NCBI GenBank assembly: GCA_035411585.1
Contig: DAONTI010000028.1
Span: forward strand, 1-62,042
DNA from: Verrucomicrobiota bacterium
GTDB taxonomy: Bacteria; Verrucomicrobiota; Verrucomicrobiia; Limisphaerales; MWDV01
DNA length: 62,042 bases
Reading direction: 5' to 3'
Below the pieces are notes generated by a model. That model made no database searches. It worked only from the letters and a program-made list of their open reading frames with translations, and was not told the DNA's origin. This document shows positions 39,401-47,034 of this stretch, piece after piece (positions within the stretch are counted from its first letter, which is position 1; each line of letters opens with the position of its first letter). A program made the position numbers and the translations under genes.

Positions 39401-40791
39401 GCCTCCCGCAACTGTTCATCAATCGCCGCCAATTCAGTGGCCGGATGATCAGCGGCCGTTGAAGCAGTGTCCAATTCAGCGGAAGGGACAAAGGCCTCCG
39501 CTGTGTCCGCGTCGGCGGTGATTTCCTCCGGATCTTCACCTTCAACCGCCATCGGAACGGCGGATGAGGGGGCCGCCGGAACTTCACGCGGGAGGGCGTT
39601 GGTCTGCTTGAGTTGGAAATCCAAAATCATCGCCACCGTTTTCAACGCCAGTTCCAGCGGGATCACGGGCTTGGTGATGAACTCGTTGCCGCCGCTCAAT
39701 ACGCTTTGGACCCGGTTTTCAAACTTGCCGTCGCCCGTGATGAACACGACCGGAATTTTTTGGTGCCGGGGGATCTGACGCAGGCGCTTGCACAACTCAA
39801 ACCCGTCCATGTCCGGCATGTTGATGTCGAGCAGGGCGATGTCGAACCGCTCGTGGTTGAGCAAGTGGAGCGCTTTTTTCGGGTCCTTGGTGCCGGCGAC
39901 TTCCAGCCCCATGCGGCGCAGGGTGGCGGTGACAAAGAAATTACAGACGTCATCGTCGTCCACCACCAGCACTTTGGTGCCGTTAATCCCCACGGCGCCT
40001 TCCTCGGGTGTGCATTCCAGCAGACGCCCCAAGGAGTCGGTGGCTTGGGCAATCGTCCGGAATACCGATGGCGTAACCGTGGCGGGCTTGGCCATCAACT
40101 CAAAGAGCAAGGCTTCAAATGCGCTCGCCAGAATGTCCACCCGGTTGAGCCCCGCCAAACCCGCCCGGGCGCTGATGAAATGAACGCGCTGAAACAGTTT
40201 GCTCAAATGAACGCGGCCGGCGGGGGTGGCCGCGCTTTTCATATACTGGGCGCCCAACTCGCGGATTTTGAGCATCTCTGCGGCCGCATGATGCAGGAAA
40301 GCGGCCCGCGCCCGCTCCAACGACTCCCGCTCGGATTCCTCGTCATCCACCAGCGCCGAGGCGCCGGTTTTCCCGCCCGATTCTCCGTTGGCGCCGTCCG
40401 TGTCCGAAGCCGATTCGGTGGCGGTTTCCGGAAGCAATTCGTGAATGGCCCGCAGCAAATTGCTGGGGGAAGCCTGGTTTTTCAACAGAACCTTGGTGGC
40501 CCCCGCCAGCATCGCCCGCGTCGCCACATCTGACAGGTAAACATTGGAAAGCACCACGACCGGCAAATCCTTCAGCCCCAACTCTTGCCGCACGTATTTG
40601 AGGACTTCGACTCCGTTGGCCTTGGGCAACATCAGATCGAGAACGACCAACGCCGGCTGACGCTGCTTGAGCACCTCGGTTGCGGCGAGCCCGTCCGTGG
40701 CCACTTCCACTTCATAACCCGCCCGTTGCAGCCACCGCTGGTAGTGCCTGATCACGACGTGGTCGTCGTCCACAAATAAAATTTGCTTCAT
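33433..40791 (-). CDS. Giant multidomain signalling protein of about 2,450 aa: REC - HPt - REC - about 1,800-aa coiled coil - degenerate HATPase-like C-terminal domain
   Basis: REC1 is ILFVDDDHVVIRH...LVVLDLMLPKANG. The HPt-like segment is LSKLFQRVHFISARAGLAGL. REC2 is VLVVDDDDVCNF...ALLDINMPDMDGFELCKRLR. A very long Ala/Glu/Gln/Leu/Arg-rich heptad region with 104-aa repeats follows. The C-terminus has N/G-box-like motifs with substitutions (HQLITLLTTSLFKL; SGMAVCSQLARALCG). I prefer the start at MKQILFVDDD (40791). The ORF extends in-frame to 40899. Confidence 0.8.
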   Translation of the reverse strand: MKQILFVDDDHVVIRHYQRWLQRAGYEVEVATDGLAATEVLKQRQPALVVLDLMLPKANGVEVLKYVRQELGLKDLPVVVLSNVYLSDVATRAMLAGATKVLLKNQASPSNLLRAIHELLPETATESASDTDGANGESGGKTGASALVDDEESERESLERARAAFLHHAAAEMLKIRELGAQYMKSAATPAGRVHLSKLFQRVHFISARAGLAGLNRVDILASAFEALLFELMAKPATVTPSVFRTIAQATDSLGRLLECTPEEGAVGINGTKVLVVDDDDVCNFFVTATLRRMGLEVAGTKDPKKALHLLNHERFDIALLDINMPDMDGFELCKRLRQIPRHQKIPVVFITGDGKFENRVQSVLSGGNEFITKPVIPLELALKTVAMILDFQLKQTNALPREVPAAPSSAVPMAVEGEDPEEITADADTAEAFVPSAELDTASTAADHPATELAAIDEQLREALEVSGRTQQQLADLTEKRDNARADLEARQKSKTELEQVTEQLEHQVLEQSAELDRATEMLLAEQEALQAAADRAAELQALADRLRMELEDYAYRSADLERRAAVLRKKHQGGQPDDDPAAAMLRTQSDARQQLLAQMAETAKHRDEAEAKVRQAEARAKELADQRLKLEAELTRQTAAEAELRQQLNTAHAQLEAQAKIFSDDEAAWAAKARELEESQAKVAELQRAKQALEQQLEGQSAELARVASGLKTGQEALRESEATKARLISTAARREQELEAYSRQAEQWQRDQQAAEERLRAESAERERVATQLAETIRLRDAAAAQAQTAETKAAELTQLRDSLEEQLSQRESAEAELRAELEAAQARLENQAETLSGEQNRVAELLRELEATRATVATLQERIRVIESQVETLTQAVAEAREKLAQETESRQSAESKANELAGVGDSLREELAQRTQAEGELRQALNEAQARLQAQTEALSLEQGKLDARSQDLRSAQVAVEELRRTKEALEQQAAQQNAELARVTSALEAEQSALREARKTAAQLTAEQTRLQQELATYARQAEQWQRDQKAFEELLQSETRVRTVEAEARELSTQRAALETELKQRTQAVKQLRRELSAGQESLQARTEALTAAQGELKTRTQELRTTQDKVTALNEQCRVTEQQVRTLNETLTQMRAQLQQEAEGRMSAETRAEELSGVRQSLEEELAARMKVETELQQALNTAQSRLQEQVEALTAEQGKLAVQKEDLQSLQATIEELRQAKEALEQQVQDQLAELTRSAATLAAEREALRAAEKVRETLVAEQKHLRKEVENFTHQATRWREEQEAAQQNLRREIEERERVAAELAATAQSQDEAVARAATAEAKAAELAALRSSLEQALAESAAGEARLRDELAARQTQLQTQTETLAGEHAQLEAKHQELQAARDQVAALEEQCQVVDQQVQTLTATLEQTRAQLKQESADRAKAESTVAELNGTRCSLEEDLAARELAEGQLREALAAEQAKLTAQVEAFRDAQTKLTARTQELQATQDKVAALEEQRQVVDQQVQTLTATLEQTRAQLAQESADRTKVESTVAELADVRRSLEEDLAARELAEAQLREALAAEQAKLTAQVEALRDAQTKLTAQTQELQATQEKVATLEEQRQAIDQQVQTLTATLEQTRAQLAQESAARTQAENTVKELAGVRRSLEADLAAHQQAEIELQQTLADAKARLQSQSETLTVEQSRLDERARELESAQASVKELRQAKEDLEQQLHQQETELARITSALEAEQKALREAEQSKAQLVAEQTRLQQALADATRKAGQLEKAQAEDRQRLQVESQEREQLARQLAEARKLHEAAEDKAQSIKTHLRQELTAEKAKRTDQEQVLRDEQKKLEAQTQELQATQEKVAALEGQRQVMDQQVQSLTATLEQTRAQLEQEFADRAKVESTVAELADVRRSLEAELAARGKAEAALRTSLAAEQAKRVDQEQVLRDEQEKLATQTLALQAVQEQVAELNAQREEDARSRQRLAEKVVAAENAQTELTKQLEAARAQSATEQARIEALEAEVKRRQAVGEKLETSLLAETTGHRQTQRRAREFEAKWREAEGQLERKIAAEQAWHERETALEVRLQRLQQQNAEFGATLAIRNTELQATKEQLERQGVVENALCVKIKELTATEESLSETLSEREQQIQTAEARIKEEQQTRAALHYAVLEATRWMGQLAREQFQAARRDAESLNQTVGALLNTPLSGVQRALASALQEALENWMKHQAHALNTLDFRVAPPNFATAEFNVAEATKVAFQVIQRTAQIAGIEVKTAIAPNTPERIQASAAHLHQLITLLTTSLFKLVDTDRVDLRVAVEPGDSGPAQFALDVVLHTNGHSQATSERLASLTDAAGATPSVAAYGEAESGMAVCSQLARALCGQVRVEPPDNGAVRVRATLPVQTVVSPAVAGRNGTPPIEKAAAPDSSAETSTTTPAAHVPAAHLAEVA
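34950..36660. repeat. Tandem repeats of about 312 bp inside the giant coiled-coil gene (at least 4 copies, two of them >90% identical)
   Basis: Seen directly in sequence. The motif ttccagcgaacgccgcacatcagccaattccgcaaccgtgct recurs, together with gcgggtttgttccagcgtggcggtcagggtctgaacctg..., near 35041, 35810, 36121 and 36433. They encode repeats such as QELQATQDKVAALEEQRQVVDQQVQTLTATLEQTRAQL. Confidence 0.7.
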
Positions 40792-41450
40792 TGCCAGATT
40801 TCTTCGGTTCGCGCCGGCGCAAAAAGCCCGCCAAGCTTGATGGCTTTTTACTACGGCACGGCAACTGAACTGCATCCATGACAGCAACAGGCGGGCCAAT
40901 GATTTCTAAATTACCGTTGGCGGCACCTTGCCTTTCCCGAATCCCCGATTTTTGGTTGGTAAACACATCGGACTCGGCTGATTTCATCATTTTTTCTCCT
41001 TGGGAAATCCTTGAGAAACTTGTGGCACTAGACTTTTTCCTTCTGCTTTTTGAACAAGAACCCGACACCATTCTTTGTCTATCCCATTGAGCATCAGAAA
41101 GATGAATCGTGATGCCTAGCCGCTTCCTTCCTCCTTGGCCACGCAAACATGGATGATTGAAAAAACGCAGACCGGATAGACAGTTGCGGGAAGGGGGGCA
41201 CGGTTTTCCGCGCTTTTGTAATTGATGGCGAAAGCGGCCCTGGGAATTCAGATCTTGAGGGGTGGCCTCGTGGCTTTCATTGCGTCCTCGTGCGGGATTC
41301 GCTCAAGGGATTTTCCGGTCTCCGCAGTCTAAAAGTGAGGCACCCGCCGGCGATGGCCAGCAACTGGTTACAAAAGCCGGGGCAAAATGTAATTGCCGCC
41401 GACACCAGTTTGGCTTAGCTGTGAGCGCACATTCAACGAAAGGACAGATT

Positions 41451-42053
41451 GTGAAAGGAATAACACTGATTATCGGACTGGCTCTGCTGGGGCTGTTGGC
41501 AGTCGTTGTCATGGCGATCATCGGCATCTACAACAAGCTCGTGACCCTGCGCAACCGGTTCAAAAACGCCTGGGCCCAGATTGACGTGCAACTCAAGCGC
41601 CGATATGACCTCATTCCGAACCTGGTCGAGACGGCCAAGGGCTATCTCAAGCACGAACGGGGCACACTGGAAGCCGTCATTGCCGCGCGCAACGCCGCGT
41701 CGCAGGCCAACAGCCGCGTCACCGCCGACCCCACGAATCCCGAGGCGATGAAGCAGTTGATCGCTGCGGAAGGCACGTTGACCGGCACGTTGGGCCGGTT
41801 GTTTGCACTGGCCGAGGCGTATCCCGACCTTAAGGCGAACACGACCATGAACCAGCTCATGGAGGAACTCACCTCCACGGAAAACAAGGTCGCGTTCGCC
41901 AGGCAGGCGTATAACGACAGCGTGATGATGTACAACACCCAGCGCGAAGTGTTCCCCAGCAATATCATCGCCGGCATGTTCAACTTCGGTCCGGCCGAAT
42001 TGTTCAAAGTCGAAAAAGCCGAAGAACGCGAAGCGCCGAAAGTGCAATTTTGA
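41451..42053 (+). CDS. lemA: LemA-family protein
   Basis: An N-terminal TM (ITLIIGLALLGLLAVVVMAI) is followed by the LemA core YNKLVTLRNRFKNAWAQIDVQLKRRYDLIPNLVETAKGY. I chose the GTG start, which has AAAGGA 6 nt upstream. The upstream in-frame part of the ORF is not protein-like. Confidence 0.75.
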   Translation: MKGITLIIGLALLGLLAVVVMAIIGIYNKLVTLRNRFKNAWAQIDVQLKRRYDLIPNLVETAKGYLKHERGTLEAVIAARNAASQANSRVTADPTNPEAMKQLIAAEGTLTGTLGRLFALAEAYPDLKANTTMNQLMEELTSTENKVAFARQAYNDSVMMYNTQREVFPSNIIAGMFNFGPAELFKVEKAEEREAPKVQF

Positions 42054-42126
42054 TCCGGCCGGAATGTCGTCGCCGGCAACCGGAGGCAAATTGCGGGACC
42101 GCAGTGGGGCGCGTGCGGACGGCTGA

Positions 42127-44076
42127 TTGGACATGAACTTCTTTGAACGACAGGACAAGGCCCGTCGCAACACAAAGTGGTTGGTGTTTTATTTCGTGTT
42201 GGCGGTGTTGTGCATCATCGCCACCGTGTATCTGGTCGCCCTGCTGATCTTTGGAGGGGCAAGCTTGGAAAACGCTCCCCGCGGTGCGCCGCCCGCGTTC
42301 ACCCTCTGGAATCCCACCATTTTTTCCTGGGCCGCACTCGGGACCCTGGCGGTGGTGGCCACCGGGAGTCTGGTCCGCCTGTCCCAATTATCCGCCGGCG
42401 GGCGGGCGGTGGCGGAATCGCTTGGCGGCCGGCTCATTCCGCCCAACACCACCGATCCCGACGAACGCCGGCTCCGCAACGTGGTTGAGGAAATGGCCCT
42501 CGCCTCCGGCGTGCCCGTGCCGCAAATCTACGTGATGGACCAGGAGGACGGCATCAATGCCTTCGCCGCCGGGCACACGCCCAGTGACGCCGCCATCGGC
42601 GTCACGCGCGGCTGCATGCAGTTGCTCAAGCGCGATGAATTGCAGGGCGTCATCGGACACGAGTTCAGCCACATCCTGAACGGGGACATGCGGTTGAACC
42701 TGCGCCTCATGGGCATCATTTTCGGCATTCTTTGCCTGACGATCATCGGGCGCATCCTTCTGCGCACCCGGGGGCGGAACAATCCGCTGCCCCTGCTTGG
42801 TCTGGTGTTGGTGTTGCTGGGCTGGGTGGGCGTGTTCTTCGGACGATTGATTCAAGCCGCCGTGAGCCGGCAACGCGAGTTTTTGGCGGATGCCTCCGCG
42901 GTGCAATTCACGCGCAACCCGCAAGGCCTGTCCAGCGCTCTGCAAAAAATCGGCGGTCTGGTCCACGGCTCCACCCTCCACACCGAACGGGCGGCGGAGG
43001 CCAGCCACATGTTCTTTGGCAATGCGGTGGGCAAATCGTTCCTCGGCGCGTTCGCCACGCACCCGCCATTGGCGCAACGCATCCGGGCGATTGACCCCAG
43101 TTGGGATGGACAGTTTCAACGCGTGCAGATACCGGCTTCAACGAAGACGGCAGAACCGGCTCAGCGCCCGTCCGCAACACGTCTTCCGCCGATTATTCCG
43201 CTCCCGCAACGGATGGCCGCCGCCATGGCGGCGGGGTTCGCCCCTGAATCGGTGCGGGCCCAAAGCATCCTGCCCAGCTTGGGGAATCCCACCCCGTTGC
43301 ACCTGCGGTATGCCGAGGAATTACGCCAGGCGTTCCCGGAATCGGTGCAGACCGCCGCCCGCAAACCCGCCGGGGCAACGGCTTTGATCTACGCCTTGCT
43401 GTTAAGCGACGATCCGGCTTTGCGCGAGCGGCAACTGGCGCATCTGGCGACGGAACAGGGCGACCCGGTGCGGGAACAAACGACCGTTCTGTATTCAGCG
43501 GCGGCCCACGTGGCCACGCGCGCCCGGCTGCCGCTGGCCGACCTCGCATTGCCCGCGTTGCGGCAATTGAACCGGGACGAATTTGCGCGTTTCAACCAAA
43601 CGCTCGAATGGCTGGTCGCCAGTGATCAGCAGGTGGATTTGTTTGAATACGTCCTGCAACGGGTCGTGCGCCGCCATCTCGAACCGCATTTCCGCTCCGC
43701 CCGCCGGCCGGTGGTGCAGTATTATTCACTCCGCCCGCTGGCGCCGGATTGCGGGGTGTTGCTCTCCGCGCTGGCGCACGTGGGCAGCACCAACACCGAA
43801 GAAATCCAACGCGCGTTTGCGCAGGGTCTGCCCTATTTGCGCGCGGCCGGAGAGACGATCTGGCTGCTGCCGCGGGAACAATGCGGGCTGGCGCAGATTG
43901 ATCAGGCGCTCAACCGGCTGGCCCTGGCCACTCCGCAAATCAAGAAGAACCTGCTGGCGGCCTGCATCCAAGTCAGCGGCGCGGACGGCGTCCTGCAGGA
44001 ACGCGAGGCGGAGTTGCTCCGCGTCATTGCCGATTCCTTGGATTGTCCGTTGCCGCCGTTTGTGATGCAAAAATAA
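42127..44076 (+). CDS. M48-family zinc metallopeptidase (HtpX-like) with a C-terminal extension of about 350 aa
   Basis: TM helices and the HEXXH motif GVIGHEFSHIL are present, with a downstream Glu. The long C-terminal region ends in a TerB-like stretch (SGADGVLQEREAELLRVIADSL). It lies directly after lemA. Confidence 0.8.
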   Translation: MDMNFFERQDKARRNTKWLVFYFVLAVLCIIATVYLVALLIFGGASLENAPRGAPPAFTLWNPTIFSWAALGTLAVVATGSLVRLSQLSAGGRAVAESLGGRLIPPNTTDPDERRLRNVVEEMALASGVPVPQIYVMDQEDGINAFAAGHTPSDAAIGVTRGCMQLLKRDELQGVIGHEFSHILNGDMRLNLRLMGIIFGILCLTIIGRILLRTRGRNNPLPLLGLVLVLLGWVGVFFGRLIQAAVSRQREFLADASAVQFTRNPQGLSSALQKIGGLVHGSTLHTERAAEASHMFFGNAVGKSFLGAFATHPPLAQRIRAIDPSWDGQFQRVQIPASTKTAEPAQRPSATRLPPIIPLPQRMAAAMAAGFAPESVRAQSILPSLGNPTPLHLRYAEELRQAFPESVQTAARKPAGATALIYALLLSDDPALRERQLAHLATEQGDPVREQTTVLYSAAAHVATRARLPLADLALPALRQLNRDEFARFNQTLEWLVASDQQVDLFEYVLQRVVRRHLEPHFRSARRPVVQYYSLRPLAPDCGVLLSALAHVGSTNTEEIQRAFAQGLPYLRAAGETIWLLPREQCGLAQIDQALNRLALATPQIKKNLLAACIQVSGADGVLQEREAELLRVIADSLDCPLPPFVMQK

Positions 44077-44176
44077 GCGCGCGATTCGCGCTCACCACCC
44101 ATTTCTCTTTCCGGGCTGCGGTTTCCCTCCGGGATCAGCGGAAGGCACAAAACCCGCGGCGCAACGACCGCGACTT

Positions 44177-45472
44177 TCATTTCTTCTGCCGTACTTCCGC
44201 TGATTCTCCGTGCGCGTCCAAGCCTTCCAGTCGCGCGAACTGACGCACCGCCGGCAGCGCCTTCCGGAGCGAACCGCGGTTGTATTCGACGATGCTCGTG
44301 CGGCGTTGAAATTGATCCACCGTCAGGCCGGCGAACGAACGGCCCGCGCCTCCGGTTGGCAAAGTATGGCTGGGGCCGGCCACATAATCGCCCAACACCG
44401 TCGGCGACCACGGTCCCAGGAAAATGGCGCCCGCCGTCCGCAGGCGCTCAGCCACCCGACGCGGCTGGCGCGTCATGACTTCGCAATGTTCCGGCGCCAG
44501 TTGATTGGTCAAAGCCACCGCCTCCTCGAGCGACTTCACCTGAATCAGCCAGGCGTTGTTCTCGAGCACCCGTTCGATATATTCCCGCCGCGTCAGTTGC
44601 GGCAATTGCTTCGTGATTTCCCGCTCGACCGCCCGGAGCACCCGGCCCGAAGTGGTCACCAGCCAGACGCGTTCGTGGCCGGAACCATGTTCCGCTTGCG
44701 CCAGCAAATCCGCCGCCGCAAAGCGCGGATTCGCCGTGGCATCGGCCAGCACCAGCACTTCGCTCGGGCCCGGCAACAAATCAATCGCCACCCGGCCCAC
44801 CAGCAGCCGCTTGGCGGTCACCACGTAGGCATTACCGGGGCCGAAGATTTTCTGCACGCACCGGATTGTCGGCGTGCCATACGCCATGGCCGCGATCGCC
44901 TGGGCGCCGCCCAACCGGTAGAGCTCCGTGGCCCCCGCCGCCCGCGCGGCAAACAGCAACGCGGCATTGATGCACCCCTCCTTGTTGCCCGGTGTGCAGA
45001 CCACGATTTCCGGACACCCCGCCACCCGGGCGAGCGTCACCGTCATCAGCGCGGTGGAAACCAGCGGGGCCGTTCCGCCCGGGATGTAAACCCCCACGCG
45101 CTGGAACGGGTCAAATTTTTCACCCACCATCGCGCCGTGTGCGTTCTTCATTTGCCAGTTCCGCCGGCGTGATTGCCGGGCAAAGGCGGCGATGTTTTTC
45201 TCCGCTTCGGCGACGGCGGCGCGAAGGGCCGGGTCCGCTTTAAGCGATGCCGTCAGCCACTCGGCTTGCGTCACGGCGAGTTGGTCGGCGGTGAGACGGG
45301 CCCCGTCAAACCGCGCGGTGAATTCCAGCGCCGCGTCATCGCCGCGGGATTGCACCGCTTCCAAAATCGCGCGGGTGCGTTGTTCGATGGCGGCGTCGAA
45401 GAGACTGGACGGCGCCGCGACTTCGCGCAGGCGATGGGCAAAATCGGCGTCGGTATGGCGGATCACTCTCAT
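44177..45472 (-). CDS. hisD: Histidinol dehydrogenase
   Basis: The 431-aa protein starts MRVIRHTDADF. Conserved HisD blocks are present, including YIPGGTAPLVSTALM and the AEHGSGHE zinc/His region. Confidence 0.9.
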   Translation of the reverse strand: MRVIRHTDADFAHRLREVAAPSSLFDAAIEQRTRAILEAVQSRGDDAALEFTARFDGARLTADQLAVTQAEWLTASLKADPALRAAVAEAEKNIAAFARQSRRRNWQMKNAHGAMVGEKFDPFQRVGVYIPGGTAPLVSTALMTVTLARVAGCPEIVVCTPGNKEGCINAALLFAARAAGATELYRLGGAQAIAAMAYGTPTIRCVQKIFGPGNAYVVTAKRLLVGRVAIDLLPGPSEVLVLADATANPRFAAADLLAQAEHGSGHERVWLVTTSGRVLRAVEREITKQLPQLTRREYIERVLENNAWLIQVKSLEEAVALTNQLAPEHCEVMTRQPRRVAERLRTAGAIFLGPWSPTVLGDYVAGPSHTLPTGGAGRSFAGLTVDQFQRRTSIVEYNRGSLRKALPAVRQFARLEGLDAHGESAEVRQKK

Positions 45473-45577
45473 GGCCGCAGACTAAGCCAAGCCGGGAACC
45501 GAGTCAAAACCACGCCGCGCGCCGGAGCCAGCCAAGCATTGCTTTTCCCCAACCCAACCCGTTAGCATGGCACGCCC

Positions 45578-45955
45578 ATGAGCCCCTGCTTGGAAAAACT
45601 GCGGCGCCTGGCGCTGGCCGAGGTGGAGACCACAGTGGCCGCATTGCCGGGCGCCTTGCGCGAGCAGGCCCAGCGGTTGCCGTTGACCTTCGAGCGTCGT
45701 CCCAGCCGGGCCGTGCAGGCCGATGGCATTGCGTCGGATACGTTGGGATTGTTCGTGGGCCCGACCCATGCGGAAGACGGCAGCGCCGCCTGGCCGATTC
45801 CCTCCCAGATCATTCTTTACCTCTACAACCTGTGGGATTTCGCGGAGGGCGATGAAACAATTTTTCAAGAGGAAGTACGCACCACTTACCTGCACGAACT
45901 GGGGCATTACCTGGGATTGGACGAAGACGATCTCAGCGAACGTGGTTTGGAGTGA
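45578..45955 (+). CDS. Small zincin-like metallopeptidase-fold protein (minimal MMP-like, DUF1025-type)
   Basis: The 125-aa protein carries YLHELGHYLGLDEDDL, an HExxH + G motif. It sits immediately upstream of the ABC ATPase gene. Confidence 0.55.
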   Translation: MSPCLEKLRRLALAEVETTVAALPGALREQAQRLPLTFERRPSRAVQADGIASDTLGLFVGPTHAEDGSAAWPIPSQIILYLYNLWDFAEGDETIFQEEVRTTYLHELGHYLGLDEDDLSERGLE

Positions 45956-46032
45956 CTTGCCAAGGGGGGACGCTGTCGCGCCTCGACGCTTTTTCTTTCG
46001 ACCGCCCCGGTGCCTTCGCCATAATCCCTGCC

Positions 46033-47010
46033 ATGCCGGCGATTGAAGTCAGTGGACTGACCAAAACCTTCCGCACCTACAAAAAGCAACCCGGATTCAC
46101 CGGTGCGTTGCGGGGGTTGTGGCGGCGGCAATACGAACCGACCTTCGCCGTCAAGGATGTCAGTTTTCGCATTGAAACCGGGGAATTGGTTGGCTTCCTC
46201 GGTCCCAACGGCGCGGGCAAGACCACCACCCTCAAAATGCTCTCCGGCCTGCTCTATCCCACGCACGGCACCGCGCGGGTGCTCGGTTACGTTCCGTGGG
46301 AACGCGCCGACGGTTACCGCCGCCAATTCGCCCTGTTGCTGGGCCAGAAAAATCAGCTTTGGTGGGACCTGCCCGCGCGGGAATCCTTCGAGTTGAACGC
46401 CGCCATTTACGGCCTGACCCGCGCGCAACTCGACCGCACGGTGGCCGAGATGACCGACCGGCTCGGCGTACGGGACAAACTGGACGTGGTGGTGCGCGAA
46501 ATGTCCCTGGGCGAACGGATGAAAATGGAACTCATCGCCGTCCTGTTGCATCAGCCCAAGGTGTTGTTTCTGGATGAACCCACGCTGGGCTTGGACGTGG
46601 TCTCGCAGAAAATTGTCCGGGAATTTTTGCGCGATTACAATGCGCGACGGCACACCACCATCCTGCTCACCAGCCATTACATGGCGGACATCGAGGAATT
46701 ATGCGAGCGGGTCATTATCATTGATCATGGGACAATCTTTTTCGACGGTCGACTCGAGGAGGTGCTGGACCGGTTTGCCGATTTCAAGTTGATCACCATC
46801 CAGTGTGATCCGACGAATCCGGGCCCGGCCACGGGCTTGGAAAAATACGGCGAAGTGGTGGAACGCACGCCGGCGAGCGTTCAACTCAAGGTCAAACGCG
46901 ACCGCGTCATTCCCGTGTGCAAGGCGTTGTTGGACGAATTGCCGGTGCGGGATATTGACATCCAGGAAGTACCCATCGAGGACGTCATCCGCACCATTTT
47001 CGCGCGTTAA
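46033..47010 (+). CDS. ABC transporter ATP-binding protein (ABC-2/export type); no permease gene in the window
   Basis: Walker A GPNGAGKTTTLKMLSG, an LSGG-like signature MSLGERMKM and Walker B VLFLDEPTLGLD are present. I set the start at MPAIEVSG. Confidence 0.8.
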   Translation: MPAIEVSGLTKTFRTYKKQPGFTGALRGLWRRQYEPTFAVKDVSFRIETGELVGFLGPNGAGKTTTLKMLSGLLYPTHGTARVLGYVPWERADGYRRQFALLLGQKNQLWWDLPARESFELNAAIYGLTRAQLDRTVAEMTDRLGVRDKLDVVVREMSLGERMKMELIAVLLHQPKVLFLDEPTLGLDVVSQKIVREFLRDYNARRHTTILLTSHYMADIEELCERVIIIDHGTIFFDGRLEEVLDRFADFKLITIQCDPTNPGPATGLEKYGEVVERTPASVQLKVKRDRVIPVCKALLDELPVRDIDIQEVPIEDVIRTIFAR

Positions 47011-47034
47011 CCGGCGGGCGGCGCCGCGGCCGTG

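Noticed and set aside
34558-39462. Series of 200-330-aa plus-strand ORFs across the coiled-coil region (e.g. 36685..37671, 38467..39462)
   Set aside because: They lie antisense to the giant gene. Their periodic Leu/Arg/Gln-rich translations are the mirror of the Glu/Ala/Gln heptads and carry no independent signals.
40712-41146. 144-aa minus-strand ORF upstream of and overlapping the giant gene
   Set aside because: Most of its length overlaps the REC1-coding region in a different frame, and the composition is Arg/Lys/Ser-rich. Only its first few codons, with the strong SD, are noted as a possible leader (see findings).
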